From assembly GCA_965113315.1 (NCBI GenBank), contig OZ220374.1: DNA of 64,000 nt, one strand, 5' to 3'. Positions within the stretch are counted from its first letter, which is position 1. The number at the start of each line of letters is the position of its first letter. Origin of the DNA: Podarcis vaucheri (lineage: Eukaryota). The notes below the pieces were generated by a model, which ran no database searches, was not told the DNA's origin, and was given only the letters and a program-made list of their open reading frames with translations. Below, in pieces: positions 12,598 through 25,070 of this stretch. A program made the position numbers and the translations under genes.

Positions 12598-15500
12598 TAA
12601 TTATAAAACAGTTACACTTACTAAAAACATGTCTCAAAATTACATGCTAAAATTACATGCTTGGGTATACTCGCTGTAATAAAAAGGTTTTTTAGTGGGT
12701 GCTGGAAACAATACAGTAAAGACACCTGCCTATATTACTGAAGAGATCAGCTGGATTTAGCATGAGTAGTTGATGTCAAACTTAAGCAATATGAAGATTA
12801 CACTACAGATTCTTAAGTAAAGGTTTGGTGTATAAAAACCATGTGTAACGATGGTTAATTTGTATTCATTCTATTGCTATTCAGCTGTACAGCTTGTGAA
12901 ACGAGAGAGACTTTGATGGCTGATGGCAGCTAGTCTAAATCAATTTAGATACTAATAAAATTGCATTATGGTCCTTTTAAAATCAGCAGTGTCCACTTAC
13001 GAGCATTCAGGCAGTAGCCTGCTCTCCAATATGTCCTCTTGGCGACTATACTTCTAATTCCATGCTCTGTACATTTTAATGCATTATTGTTTCAAAATAC
13101 AATGCTACAAATTGCAAATTGCATCTGGCTCAAGGGCTGATTATGAGAAATACTAGCGCTACTGCCTCTGCCTGAATAACTCTGATAATAATAATAATAA
13201 GAGATTGATTGAGCTGCAAAGCAGCCATATGAAGAGAAGGGTCCATTTGAACATTGCCATCAGCTTCTTTTGTTAAAAACAACACTTTGACATGTCACAG
13301 CCAACAAATCTTACTGCATTTGGTTACCATGTTTTCTTACAATTTAAACTATGGGTACTTTCCCAGAAGGGGACAATATAGGAAATACAAATGAGACACA
13401 GGACATAACTTTTCAAGTTATGTGGATGTAAAAACAAAAACAATTTATTTGGGGGGATGCTGTCAAAAAGAGGAAGTGTTACTAAGGTGCAATCATATTT
13501 CAAAAGAAGGAAAAACGCATAAAATAATAATAATCTGTAACTTAAAACAATCATGCAATGACACAGTGGCATTTTTTTCATAATATGTCATTAACTATGG
13601 ATGGAAAAGAGAAACCACAATTAGAGATCTTAAGAAACTGATCTGTGAACCAGGATCGTCTAGGTTCAAATCTCAGTTCTGGCAAAAACTACATATCTTG
13701 CTAGAAAGGTATGTAGTTTGCCTCTAAAATTAGTCTTCACACCTAAGAACTGGAAAGTAACTAACGTAACACCAATTTTTAAAAGGTGATCCAGAGAGCA
13801 TTTGGATGTCTGTTCTGGAAAAACTGGTGGAAAACACTATTAAAAATAGAACGGAGCAGAGGTTGCCAACCTAACACCCACAGACACATTTTTCCTGGTA
13901 CTGAGGAATGCTCCTTGTTATTAGACAACAGCACAGAGTGTGCATGTTATCTACATAATCAGGACCAGCAAGGCATAGCTGACATCCCATGATAAACATA
14001 TGGAGTTGATGGATTTGGTTGTCTCTCAAATTTTATGTTAGGCCATACCTTCTCCAGGGCAGCCATTTTGTGAGCGATGCCCCCAGCACCCTCTTGCCCA
14101 CTAGTCCAAACAGGTTGGCACCTCTGATATAGAAGAACAAGTCTTGCTGAAACCAAACCAGCATGGCTAATTCAAAGGTAAGCCCTGTCTCACTAGATTC
14201 TGAACATTCTTTGTCAATAAGCATACAGATGGAGGTGATCCAGTCAACACTGTATATTTAAACTTTCAAAACTTGGGACAAATTAACTTTTGACAAAGGA
14301 ACAGGAAGCAGAATGTAATAATATGGGGAGTTTAGCAAAGCCTCATCAGGCTATGTGTTTCTCTTATAAGTTGAGTTTTCTCTTTCGTTTTTGGGCACAG
14401 AAGAGATTTTACAAATGTAACAAAAGAAAACCACAAGTTACCAGTCCAGGAGAAACATCAAGGGTATGGGTGGTGGATAAGAAATTATCTCATGGCAACT
14501 TAATGTGAATAATGGTCAGTGACAATCCATTCTTCTTTTTTTAAATACAATGATTCTACAGCAAAGTTTTACATATGCACACAAAAGGTTAACCAAGCTC
14601 TTGACAGTTCACCTGGAACCTCCCAAACGTTAAAAGTTCCCTGCAGACCTCATTATCTGTAAAACATTTTAATACGTCAGCATTTTCCTGTCAATTACTA
14701 GAAAAATCGTTGTTGATGTAGCTTTCCCAAGGAATATCCTCTGCTGAATAAATTAAGCAATATATGATATTACTTCAGACCTTGAAAACTGATTTGCACA
14801 TTCAATTTCAATGTGTTAGGAACCCATTCCAGGGAGAACACAGAAAGGACACTGAAAATGTTCCTTGTCTCTCCAGCTTTTAAGGTCTTCCAACATAACA
14901 AGAAAGTAAGCAGATGGGAAATATATATTTCTAGAACCATAACAGCTGTGTTGGCTTCATGTCCTTCACAAATGTGTAACGGGAGCTACAGTACCAAACG
15001 TTATATTCCACCGAATGGCTTGGAAGTAGGTCTAAATGATGCACTTCTTGATTAATTTGCACTTGATTAATTTGCAACTATCAACCAAAAGCCATTGCTT
15101 CAGATTTATCCAGAGCAATTGCCCAGGTATACAGAGCAGCTGTTACATATTCATCAACAAATAAGTGCTTACAGAGAAGAGTCAGCTGATCCCAAGCTTA
15201 TGCAGAAGCAGGGAAAAGTTGCCGAGGTAGGCTTGGATGGGAAAATAAATGAAAGAGAATACAGCACATCTGAAGGTGCCTTATACTGCATCAGACTACT
15301 GGTGCATATAGCTACGTATTTCCTGTGCTGACGGACGGTGCTTTTGCAGTCCAATAGTTTAGACAGATGCTTTTCATAGCGCGGCGTAATGTGGCAAAAT
15401 AAATATGTACATCCACTCCACTTATTGGAGGAGACACAAAAGTCATTTATTAAACTGTAACTGGTGAAGAAGCCTTGAAACCAGTGGGGAGAGGGTCTGT

Positions 15501-18348
15501 TAAATCTCTCCCATGCAAAACTTAGTAAAATTACTAGCCCTAAGTTGAGCCAAGTTTACCTTTTCTACTGATCTTCCTGGGGTGGAGGTAAAACAAGGAG
15601 AATGGGTGCCTCCTCTTTTCTACTTTTTTAAACAGCACCATTTCCCCATAAAGCTATTTTGTACCACTCATTATCCAAACTAGCCCATATGCTTTTCCTG
15701 ATGTGGGATTGTCTCATTTTCATTAACATGTTTTATTCTATGTGCAGCAGAATTTCCTTGCCCTCCCACCTAGTGAAAGTTGGCACTTAGGTTATAAAAG
15801 TTAACTGTGACTAAATGCTCATCATGGTATACTGAAATGTTACTGCATAGTAAAAGGTTTACTGCAGCTCTCAAAAAAATACTGACCTGAAAGCTATCAA
15901 AATGATGACATTGATACATGTCTGTCGTTGCATATTCCCTTTGCTGCTAGTTCCTGCTGTTTATAGCGATACTTAAAAAAAGAGGTTTTGTACAGAAGAA
16001 TGCATTCCATTCCAAAGAAATGGTGGTGCCCTTTCCAAATCTATTACTGTTTATCATATGTAGAATCCAAACGCGGAGATGGTCCTGTGCTCAAAGTTTC
16101 TTGCACGTGTGTGCACATCCCACCCCCATACACTGCTCTGAGCAGGTGGAGAACCATAGAGGCCTCTAATGTGGCTGGAGGAACTGTAATTAGAGAAGGA
16201 AATCTGGAGAATAGAAATCTACACAAACTAGTACTTTAGCGGTTCACAAGATTCTATGGATGTATAAGTAGGGCCTGTAACAAAACATTGCAGTGTGGAG
16301 TACTTCTGTTCAGGGTTCCAAGGATACACCATTCCATTCCTGTTCCTCCCTGGTTTTCCAATTTCCACCCAACAGGCTCTCTACATTCTGTAACCACTGA
16401 GCAAGCTTCCCCGCATCCCTCCTTACAGATTTTCCCCTAATGATATATTGTACCTGTTAGTTTCTCAAACATCTCTCTTGTGCCTGGATGGTGCCATTCT
16501 TTACTACAGATTTGTATCTTTAATTGCAATTTCAACAACCACAGTGGGCATCTTGTATACGAATGATTATCAGACCAGAATTTGGAAATGCAATCACTAA
16601 GCCACAGCCAAAGTACACTTTTGTGCCTAGGAAACCTCAATCCCCAAGGAAACACCTCAATCCCCAAGGCTTTAGTACAACACTTTATAGCAATAAGGCT
16701 TTTAAACTATGTGTTTCTGGTTAACAGGACTCAATTGTGTTTATGACCAAAGGCTAATATGAAATGGCTATTTCCTTTGTAAGCAACTCTTTGCTCTTAA
16801 ACCAATGATTAACAAAAGGATATCCTTTCAAGACATGTTAGCATTCCAACACAATGGGAATCCAAGACTATTGCTTATATAGGCTGAAATGAAATATTAA
16901 AGTTAAAGCTGTATCCCCAAACATAAGGTCATCACTCAAGCATGTGTCAATCTGAAGCACTCAAGCTTTAATTTATTTATGGTATGATCAATGTGTACAC
17001 CCACCCACAGATATATGTCTCCTCCTGAAATCATAAATATGGCATTGCAAACATTAATTTCAACAAGGCTATTTCCAGAAGGCTTAAGAGTTAATAAAAC
17101 AAAGCAAAACCCTACAAAAACAGCTCTGAAAGATTATGCTAACTATTGCAGAAATCCAGCAACTATCAGTATAGCAAATTAAATCTCAAAAGAAATGTTT
17201 CCAACATACACTGGGAGGAATGTCATTAACATATTCTTTCATCTAGCAGATTCCTCAACCCTCAAGAAGATATTTATTTACCATACTTCGCTATGGGCTG
17301 AATAGTCACCAGCCTTCAATTTTCACATCAGTTGCAGATGAGATTGGGGGGGCACACACCTTGTACACAGGCTTGAATTGAAATTGACTTTGAATCTCTG
17401 AACTGTCAACAAATTCTCCTACGAAAAGGTTTGCTTTACAGAGATTATAAAGTAGGTGTCACGCCTGACACTTGCATTTTATATTCAGATGGCAGGTCTG
17501 TAAAGAAACGTTACCAAAACGTCAGGAAGGGACTTAGAAGGCTCAGCTGTCACGCTATGTGCCTCTCTGGGCTTGCTTTGCAGTCAGATACTGTGCTGTC
17601 GATGTCAGAGGTTCTCCACTTAAACTCCCTGACAAGCAAAGAAGAATACTGGAAGAATATGTTATCAGGAGCTGTGGACTTGTCTTCAGTAGCAGGTCAA
17701 CTTGACACTTATTTTGGTGCATGAAAACCAAAACTATGATCCCGTATCAGATTAAAAAACTGTACACTATACCCCGCTGGATATACAAGTTCAAGTTTTT
17801 AAATGGTGAAATAATCCTTGCAGAGGACCCTCTATGCTTTCAATGCATTGAAGCCTAATGTGCTGAGGGTGCCCGTCTCCTGCCTAAGTCTAAAAAGAAA
17901 AAAGGGAGAAGTGTGTGTGTGTATATACACACACTAGCAGAAAAACACAAATGTAAACTCGACAGCAGCATGAACCAAAAGGGTGATTAAAAGCACCAAG
18001 CTTTTAGCTGCTTCTCTTTGTTTAAGAAACCATTCCAATTAAGGGACATAAATCAATTTTGCAATCAAGGAAAAATTATAAAGTTAATGAAACATCTGAA
18101 ATGTAGCTGCTGGAATTGTGGGTTGATTAGCGTCTAAAACAGTGGAAAATTATAAATTTATATTGATTTCCACCCTTAAAAAGAAGAAAACACCTGCTTT
18201 TTCAGTAGTGTTTGAACTATCCCCAGACATAATAAGCCACAGTAAATGAAAATCATGGAGCAGACAATAAAACCTGCAAGCTACGCAATGGGAAAGTATA
18301 GTCTGTGCATGTTGTTTTCCCAAATGCCCAGTCAGAGGTCTCAGGTGG

Positions 18349-18430
18349 CTAATGCGGCTGGAATGTGTAATTCAAAGCTCCAAATAATATGTTTATGAAT
18401 CTGGACGTGTTCTGTGCACTTTGGAAGTGG
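18349..18430 (-). other. Second candidate alternative terminal coding exon (…DMF-S-HFQSAQNTSRFINILFGALNYTFQPH*)
   Basis: Acceptor tgttgtctcttcttgtacag (AG at 18432-18431), an open phase-2 frame to TAG at 18351-18349, and repeat-free sequence following. Confidence 0.3.
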
Positions 18431-18999
18431 CTGTACAAGAAGAGACAACAGTATATCTGATTTCAGCTAAACAAGGTTTTAAACTAAATTATCCATTTCC
18501 TCTTGAAGCACTGGATGGAGCAACACTCCAAGGCTCCCAGTAATCATTTCAAATGTAATTGTAGGATTCAATTTAATGGTAATATGGGAATATTTCATTT
18601 GCATTGGTTCCCAATAGAATGGCTTGCCCATCTGTAATCTTCAATACTGAAAGCAAGACACTGCACAGCCAATGTTTTAAATGCCATAAACACCATATTT
18701 TGATATATAGACCCCACACTCTGCAAACCCCCTCTGAATCATACTTACTTCTTTAACAAGAACAGCAGTGTGGAATATCATATACAGCTCGAATTCTAAA
18801 GATAGGTGTTTGCAGGTTTAGGGTTTGTAAAGGAAATAGTTTCTTTGCTTCACATGTTAAGACATTTTATCTCATTTTCTAATATATACAGGCTGTGATT
18901 ATTGAGTAGAATTTTCAGATACATTAGAGTTAGGATAACTGAACTCTTTCTTCAGTTGAAACAGTGATCTCAGGGTCACCATTCCAAAAGATTCAGGAT

Positions 19000-19205
19000 A
19001 TTTTACTTATTTATTATCACATTTATATCCCACCTTTCCTCCAAAGAGCTCAAGGTGGTTTGCATAGTTACCCCCACTTCATTTTATCCTTACAAATAAC
19101 TCTGAGACAGGATAGGCTGAAAGACTGTGACTGGCCCAAGTTTCATGACTGAGTGGGGTCAATAATCCTGTTCTCAGAAGTCCTAGTCTTACACTACACC
19201 ACACT
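19000..19205 (-). mobile_element. MIR-like SINE remnant
   Basis: atttatatcccacctttcctccaaagagctcaagg...ttttatccttacaa..gactggcccaag...cttacactacaccacact. Confidence 0.6.
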
Positions 19206-19207
19206 CA

Positions 19208-19527
19208 TACACAAAAGGAAGTACTTCTTCACACTAAGAAATTCACCACTACAAGGTGTAGTGATGGCCACCAACTTCAACAGCTTTAAAGGAGGATTGG
19301 AAAATTCATGGAAGATAAGGCTATCACTGGCCACAAGCCACAGTGACTATCGGCTACCTCCATGGTTGGAGGCTAAATATGAGCTGCTGGGATCCACAGT
19401 TAGGGGGAGTGCTGTTGCATGCATATTCCGCTTGCAGGCTTCCCATGGGTAACTGCTTGGTCAATGTGAGAACACAATGCTGAACTAGATGAGCCTTTGG
19501 TGTGATCCAGCAGGGCTTTATGTTCTC
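19208..19527 (+). mobile_element. CR1 LINE 3' end
   Basis: aaaaggaagtacttcttcacac...gtgatggccaccaactt..gctttaaaggaggattgga...actagatgagcctttggtgtgatccagcagggct..ttatgttct. Confidence 0.8.
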
Positions 19528-20451
19528 AAGAAATATTGCAAATAAAAAACACCACTAATCTAATTCAAGATGCTCATGATTAATTTCCCCTTATACTTGA
19601 TTTTCATATATCCTGTATAAACTGCCATGTAAACATGCATTTTGTGCACGTTTTGTTTACTTAAGGAACATACTTGCCACAACTAGTCAAATCTTATTGA
19701 TTTTTATTTTATTTTTAATCTAACTTTTAAAATCTCACTGACTTTGTGCTTTGGATGTGTTGTTATTTGTATTTTAATTATTTTTGTATTATCTGCTCTG
19801 GGAATTTTTCACCAAAGGGCAGTATATGCATCATAAATAAATGAACAGCTTCTTTGAACTTAAAAATAGCTTTCTGTTTTAACTTGTACTCTTCTGATGC
19901 TAATAATTCAAGGATTTCAAGGATACTAAAGCACACAGAGACCCTTGGGGTTTGGCAATGTGGTGAAGAACTTAGTGTTGGTCACAAGGGAAGCACCATT
20001 CCCCGCTCCCCTAAGTTCTTTGAAGCCACACCTGGAAATCCCCACCTAGGAAGGAGCATTGGTTGTGGCCCTGAGGCACTACAATCACAAAACCACAACA
20101 ATGTATTATTCAAAAGTAATCAGATCATACTATGACCCTAATCTAGATCACAAGGACTCCTGATTTAGTGTCTGTTTTCAGAACAAAATGCACTTGGCAC
20201 ATGATGTGGGGGGAGACCCCTTAAGTTTCAAGGAAACCTCTTTAGACAGAAAGCTGAATCTATTTATTCCTGTAACAGTTCTCCTAATCTCTTCACACTT
20301 TTTTCTACCTGACTTCTCATCCACTTACTTCCTCTCCTTTGGTTTCCCCTATTCCTTACAGAAACTGCTGGTCACTGTATCTATAAAAATACACTACTAC
20401 ATCCAGTGTAGGAAGCCCACCAGATGGGCTGGTGGGAACTACCTAAATAGT

Positions 20452-20912
20452 ATAGAAATTTATTTATGTATGCAACCACAGCTGCAAGAATGTTATTTGC
20501 CCAAAAAATGGAAGGAAGAAGAGGTCCCAACAAGAGAAGAATGGATACAGAAGTTAATGGACTACGCAGAAGTGGCGAAACTTACCGAGAGAATAAGAAA
20601 TCAAGATAACCATTTATTTATTTTTAGAAAGGAATGGAAATGGTTTACTGAGTATTTACAATTTACTGAGTAATTGTAAACCGATTAAGACACTGCCAAG
20701 ATTAATGTAAAAACCTGCAGTTTCAAAATATATGTGGGATATATACAGGAATGGATATATAAAAGAGTATGTTGAAATAATTTGGAGTATGCAGGAAGTT
20801 GAAAGAAATGTAAAGGATCACAGAAAGAGGGGGAAGGGAGCCAGAGTTTGAAATGTTAAAATTATGATTGAATAATTGTGCATGAATATATATATATATA
20901 ATAAAAAATAAA
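20452..20912 (+). mobile_element. 5'-truncated L1-clade LINE (ORF2 C-terminus plus 3' UTR and A-rich tail)
   Basis: Frameshifted translation ..LFMYATTAARMLFAQKWKEEEVPTREEWIQKLMDYAEVAKLT..KEWKWFTEYL resembles the non-mammalian L1 ORF2 C-terminus. Ends in aataaaaaataaa. Confidence 0.8.
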
Positions 20913-21066
20913 TGAATACTGTAGCACCGTGACAGCAGACTGAGCTCACAGTCCTCTCCACTACAGGAAGTTGTACTGTATTTCTCTTTAAATTATATTT
21001 CCCCTATGTTATATTCAAAGTATTTTAATTGTATTATATATTACTATAACTATTTCTATCTAAATT

Positions 21067-21200
21067 TCATAGAATCATAGAGTTGGAAGGGACCCTGAGG
21101 ATCATCTAATCCAACTCCTGAAATGCAAGAATATGCAGTTGTCCCCTAAGGGGATCGAATTTGCAACCCTGGCATTCTTAGAACCATGCTCTAACCAACT
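21067..21200 (-). mobile_element. tRNA-Ile-like SINE with CR1-like tail, 5'-clipped
   Basis: Reverse complement AGTTGGTTAGAGCATGGTTCTAAGAATGCCAGGGTTGCAAATTCGATCCCC resembles tRNA-Ile(AAT). Tail GGTCCCTTCCAACTCTATGATTCTATGA. Confidence 0.75.
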
Positions 21201-21202
21201 AA

Positions 21203-21735
21203 CGTATTTTTCGCTCTATAAGACGCACCCGACCATAAGATGCACCTAGTTCTAGAGGAGGAGAATGGGAAAAAAATGTTCTCTCCCTCTCTGCTCAGCG
21301 CCTCTCCAGCAAAGCGGGAGGAGAAATGGAAGGGGCTCGATTTCTCCTCCCACTTCGCTGAAGGGACGCTTCGCAGCTTTCCCTCTCTGCGCTGCACCTC
21401 TTCAGCACTGAAGAGGCACTGTGCAGCTCTTCCTCTATTCGCAGCGCCCCTTCAGCTAAGTGGCAGGAGAAATGGAGCCCCTTCCATTTCTCCTCCCGCT
21501 TTGCTGAAGGGGCGCTGCGCAGCTCTCTCTCTCTCTGCGCAGTGCCTCTTCAGCAAAGCGGGAGGAGAAATGGAAGGGGCTCCGTTTCCCCTGCCACTTT
21601 GCTGAAGGGGCGCTGCACAGAGAGAAAAAGCTCTCCTGGCTTCAGCAAAAGTAACGCAAAGCCTCCTGAGCACAGCGGGAGTGCTCTGGGTCCAAAAACG
21701 GTGCCTCTGGGTCCAAAAAGGGTGGCAAGCCCTGC
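21203..21735. mobile_element. Truncated Tc2/pogo-like non-autonomous DNA element with GC-rich nested palindromic interior
   Basis: Left end CGTATTTTTCGCTCTATAAGACGCAC resembles Tc2-group (Kanga/MER104-like) TIRs. Three copies of a ~80-bp self-complementary unit. No matching right TIR seen. Confidence 0.7.
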
Positions 21736-21824
21736 TTTTAGTGTCACACTACTTCTATACCAGCCATTAGAAAAACATGAGCAGACAAGCAGTTAAAAAC
21801 GAAAAACAAAAAATGTCAAATAAT

Positions 21825-21846
21825 TCAGTCTTCCAGACTTCCGTAG
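21825..21846 (-). other. Candidate alternative terminal coding exon of PARD3 (…DMF-S-YGSLED*)
   Basis: Very long polypyrimidine tract (about 21850-21915) ending in ...tgtttcacag. Phase-2 joining to the exon ending at 26637 gives AG|C TAC GGA AGT CTG GAA GAC TGA. Confidence 0.4.
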
Positions 21847-22536
21847 CTGTGAAACAGCAAGGAGGAGAGGGGAGGAGAAAGCAACACAAACTAAGAAGAG
21901 AGAAAGGGGAAAAAGCACAGCTTTGAACATCAGGCCAGAGAAACAGATTTTTCAATATTTTATGTGACATGATACAACATCAGCTAAGGACGAGGAAACA
22001 CAGGCTTTGCTTACATGGCAGCTGACAGTAACTAAAAAAGGAAGGGAAACAGCTTGCACTTTATTGGTTTATGGGGTCCGTGCTGCTTTTACATCTAACT
22101 GCTTATTTCTTGAGAAGAAAATCTGATATTTACAAAGCAATGAGTCACCCCATACCAGAGAGTTGTTCCCAGAATATGTATCCTGGCCTTTGTGTTTTGC
22201 TGTATTATGCCTAGGGACACCCTGGCAGGGCCTAATTCCATAAAACTTAAAAAGATGTATCTGAGAGACAGGCAAGAGTTGGATCCAAACTACCACAGGG
22301 TGCACAAATCTACCCAAATAAACATCACAAATTGCCAGATAATATATGGAAAATGATTGCATTGGCTGCTGCTCTTATAACCCAATAATAAACCCACAAC
22401 TTTTAAAAAGTGAAAACATTTGTTTGCCATATATTATCTTACAGTTTATTATATTTAATTGGGTAGATTTGTGCCCACTTTAAGTTATGAATGCCTGTTG
22501 TCTTCCTTTTTTAAAAAGCTGCCTCTCTCATGGATA

Positions 22537-22786
22537 CAGTGGTACCTTGGGTTAAGTACTTAATCCGTTCTGGAGGTCCGTTCTTAACCTGAAACTCTTC
22601 TTAACCTGAAGTAGCACTTTAGCTAGTGGGGCCTCCCGCTGCCGCCACACCACTGCCACGCTATTCCTGTGCCACGCTATTCCTGTTCTCAACCTGAAGC
22701 AAAGTTCTTAAGCCGAGGTACTATTTCTGGGGTATGTAACCTGAAGCGTCTGTAACCTGAAGCGTCTATAACCCGAGGTACCACTG
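22537..22786. mobile_element. Tc1/mariner (Tigger-like) MITE
   Basis: TA|CAGTGGTACCT ... AGGTACCACTG|TA; reverse orientation relative to 7842-8075. Confidence 0.9.
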
Positions 22787-23055
22787 TACTTACATTACCA
22801 TACTTAAGACGTAGTGTGATGCCCTTTCCTGCCCCTAAAAACAAGCAAATAGAAAATAAGCCCCTACCCCGGTGTTTTTACTTTTATCCCACTCATCTTC
22901 TAAGAAGGAGGCTCAGGAGCCTCATCTGCATAACAAAAGACAGGATTCTAAAACCCTCCAATGACATTGTTAGTAGCTGGCAGGCTGCCAATCCCTGCTG
23001 AGATAAGGCCAATGTTGTGATTTGCTAATTGCAGCATTAAGGCAACCTATCACAG

Positions 23056-23291
23056 CTCTAGCATGCCCAAAAGTGCAAGTAGATAAATAGGTACCACTCT
23101 GGCGGGAAAGTAAACGGTGTTTCTGTGCGCTGCTCTGGTTTTGCCAGAAGCAGTTTAGTCATGCTGGCCACATCACCCGGAAAAACTGTCTGCGGACAAA
23201 CGCTGACTCCCTCAGCCTGTAAAGCGAGATGAGCGCTGCAACCCCAGAGTCATCTGCGACTGGACTTAACTGTCAGGGGTACCTTTACCTT
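23056..23291 (+). mobile_element. 5'-truncated Sauria SINE (different subfamily)
   Basis: AAAGTGCAAGTAGATAAATAGGTACC core and ACCTTTACCTTT tail. TSD tatcacag at 23048-23055 and 23292-23299. Confidence 0.9.
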
Positions 23292-24329
23292 TATCACAGG
23301 CAATGTGCGTGTTTTGCCTGGGCCAGCTTAAGGTATATATACTGGGCCAAGTGACCCTGTTTGTCATTCTTGTTCTTCTTGTTCCTGATGTTCCGATAAA
23401 TCCCTTTTGAGCTGAATCTCAGTCTTGGATCATGCCTGAACCCACCTACAGTTCAATGTACATGACACTTCTCTTCAGATTATCCGCACAACAATCATGG
23501 TCATCCTCACAACACACTGGGAATAGGACCGCAACCTCCACCCCACTTGTATGCAGTAGGGTATCTTTGAAGGCAGCACACAACAGTTCTATTATCCAAT
23601 ACTGGCACTTCCTGCCCTCCATCTCATGCCTGACCTGCTGCCTGAGGCAAGCACCTCACTGCCAGTATGGCCCTGCATCAGGGTGAGGCTGAACGTACAG
23701 CACAGCTGCTGCGTGAAATGGCATTGCCCTGCACACAAATAACATATACAAAGAGGTAAGAGATGAAGGAAAGCTTATTTCTATTGCAGCAAACTCTCGC
23801 TACATTGTGCATGCCCATCTATCTTCTCAAGGCTTGCTGGACAGCCTTTATTGTGGAGCACACTCAAGAGCCTCCCTGGATACCTCTGGCCAATGTTTTA
23901 TATATTTTCTTGGGGATAGGCTCAGTGAGAAAATATTCAGTAAGATGATTTAAATAACAATTAGAAACACACAGAGAGAAACGACTACAACTGATAAAAA
24001 ACCAATTAAAAAGTGGTGGATCAGTGATTAAGAACTCAAATCAGGGAAGTGGAAATCCTATATTAAAAAAAAGAGTGGAAGACTAATAGAGAGGGGGCGA
24101 GAAAGGTCTCCCAATCAAGGGAATACAACAATTTCGGTGATTATGTTATTTTACGTACATTTGTGTTTTGGTCATCCTCTAAGGAATTAGGGCAGAGTAG
24201 GACATCTTTACAACTCTGTGGGCTAAGCTGAGAGATACTCATTTGCCACAGACCACCCTATGAGCTACATAGTTGAACCAAGAATTTTAACCTTGTTTAT
24301 ATAGGTTTCCTGGCCCCATGTCTTATCTA

Positions 24330-25070
24330 ATTAAAACATTTCTTGCCAAAGCAATCCCAGAGTGCATTACATTAAAATCAAATACATAATACACATTAAA
24401 ACAAAACAGAAAGGGGGGGGGGGAAATGCAACTTTAAAAATAAAACAACTATGCTGCAATCCTTGCATAAAAACCTTGGTGACTAGGTCTGCAACTGGCC
24501 CTGAAAATTCATAAGAGTTAGCATCAGCTGTATCTGAGAAGGTAAGGAATAAACAAGGTGCCAGTACCAAGAAGGTTGTCTTGTTTGTTGCCACTTGGTG
24601 AATTTCACTTAACTGTGGCAGTAAGAGGGTCTTCCTCATAAAGAAGATGCTTTGTTAGATATCTAGGTCCCAATCTATATAGGGCTTTATACTGTATGTC
24701 AATGCAAGATCCCAGAACTTGGCCTGGTGTGGTATGTTCACAATCAGCAGTCCCAAATGACAGCCTAGCCATGGAATTCTACACTAGCTGCAGCTTCTGA
24801 ACAAATCTCAAAGGTTACCCAACCACTGTGGCCAGGTAATGCCTGTCTAGGAACATCCATAACTACCTTACAAGCCAACCCCAGTCACTTGCATCTTCAA
24901 CGACAGTGATGGATCTAAGAGCACCACCCATTCTTTCAGAGGGAATGCAAGCCCATTCAGAACTAGAAGAATGCCTAATTCCTGAACCCTAGATTTCTCA
25001 GTCCATAGAGTCCCACCTTGTCAGGATTCAGTCTCAACTTATTGGCGCTCACTCAGCACACAACTGCATT
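24330..25070 (-). mobile_element. Old L2-like LINE 3' fragment
   Basis: Degenerate motifs typical of antisense L2 ORF2/3' UTR (aggtgccagtaccaagaagg, tagggctttata, cagctgcagcttctgaac). No intact frame. Confidence 0.45.

Noticed and set aside
15047-15076. 15-bp tandem duplication (also a 20-bp-period duplication at about 16629-16669)
   Set aside because: Ordinary slippage-type micro-duplications with no functional context.
20188-20673. 161-aa ORF, the longest in the track
   Set aside because: Chance fusion of unique sequence with a frameshifted L1 ORF2 C-terminus; not a gene.
21191-21796. Overlapping ORFs on both strands with repeated peptide motifs
   Set aside because: A by-product of the GC-rich palindromic transposon interior.
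22890-22945. Acceptor-like tcttttgttatgcag followed by A TGA (would end the protein at …DMFR*)
   Set aside because: Short pyrimidine tract, and the downstream sequence looks like a SINE/LINE tail remnant; weaker than the 21846 and 18430 candidates.
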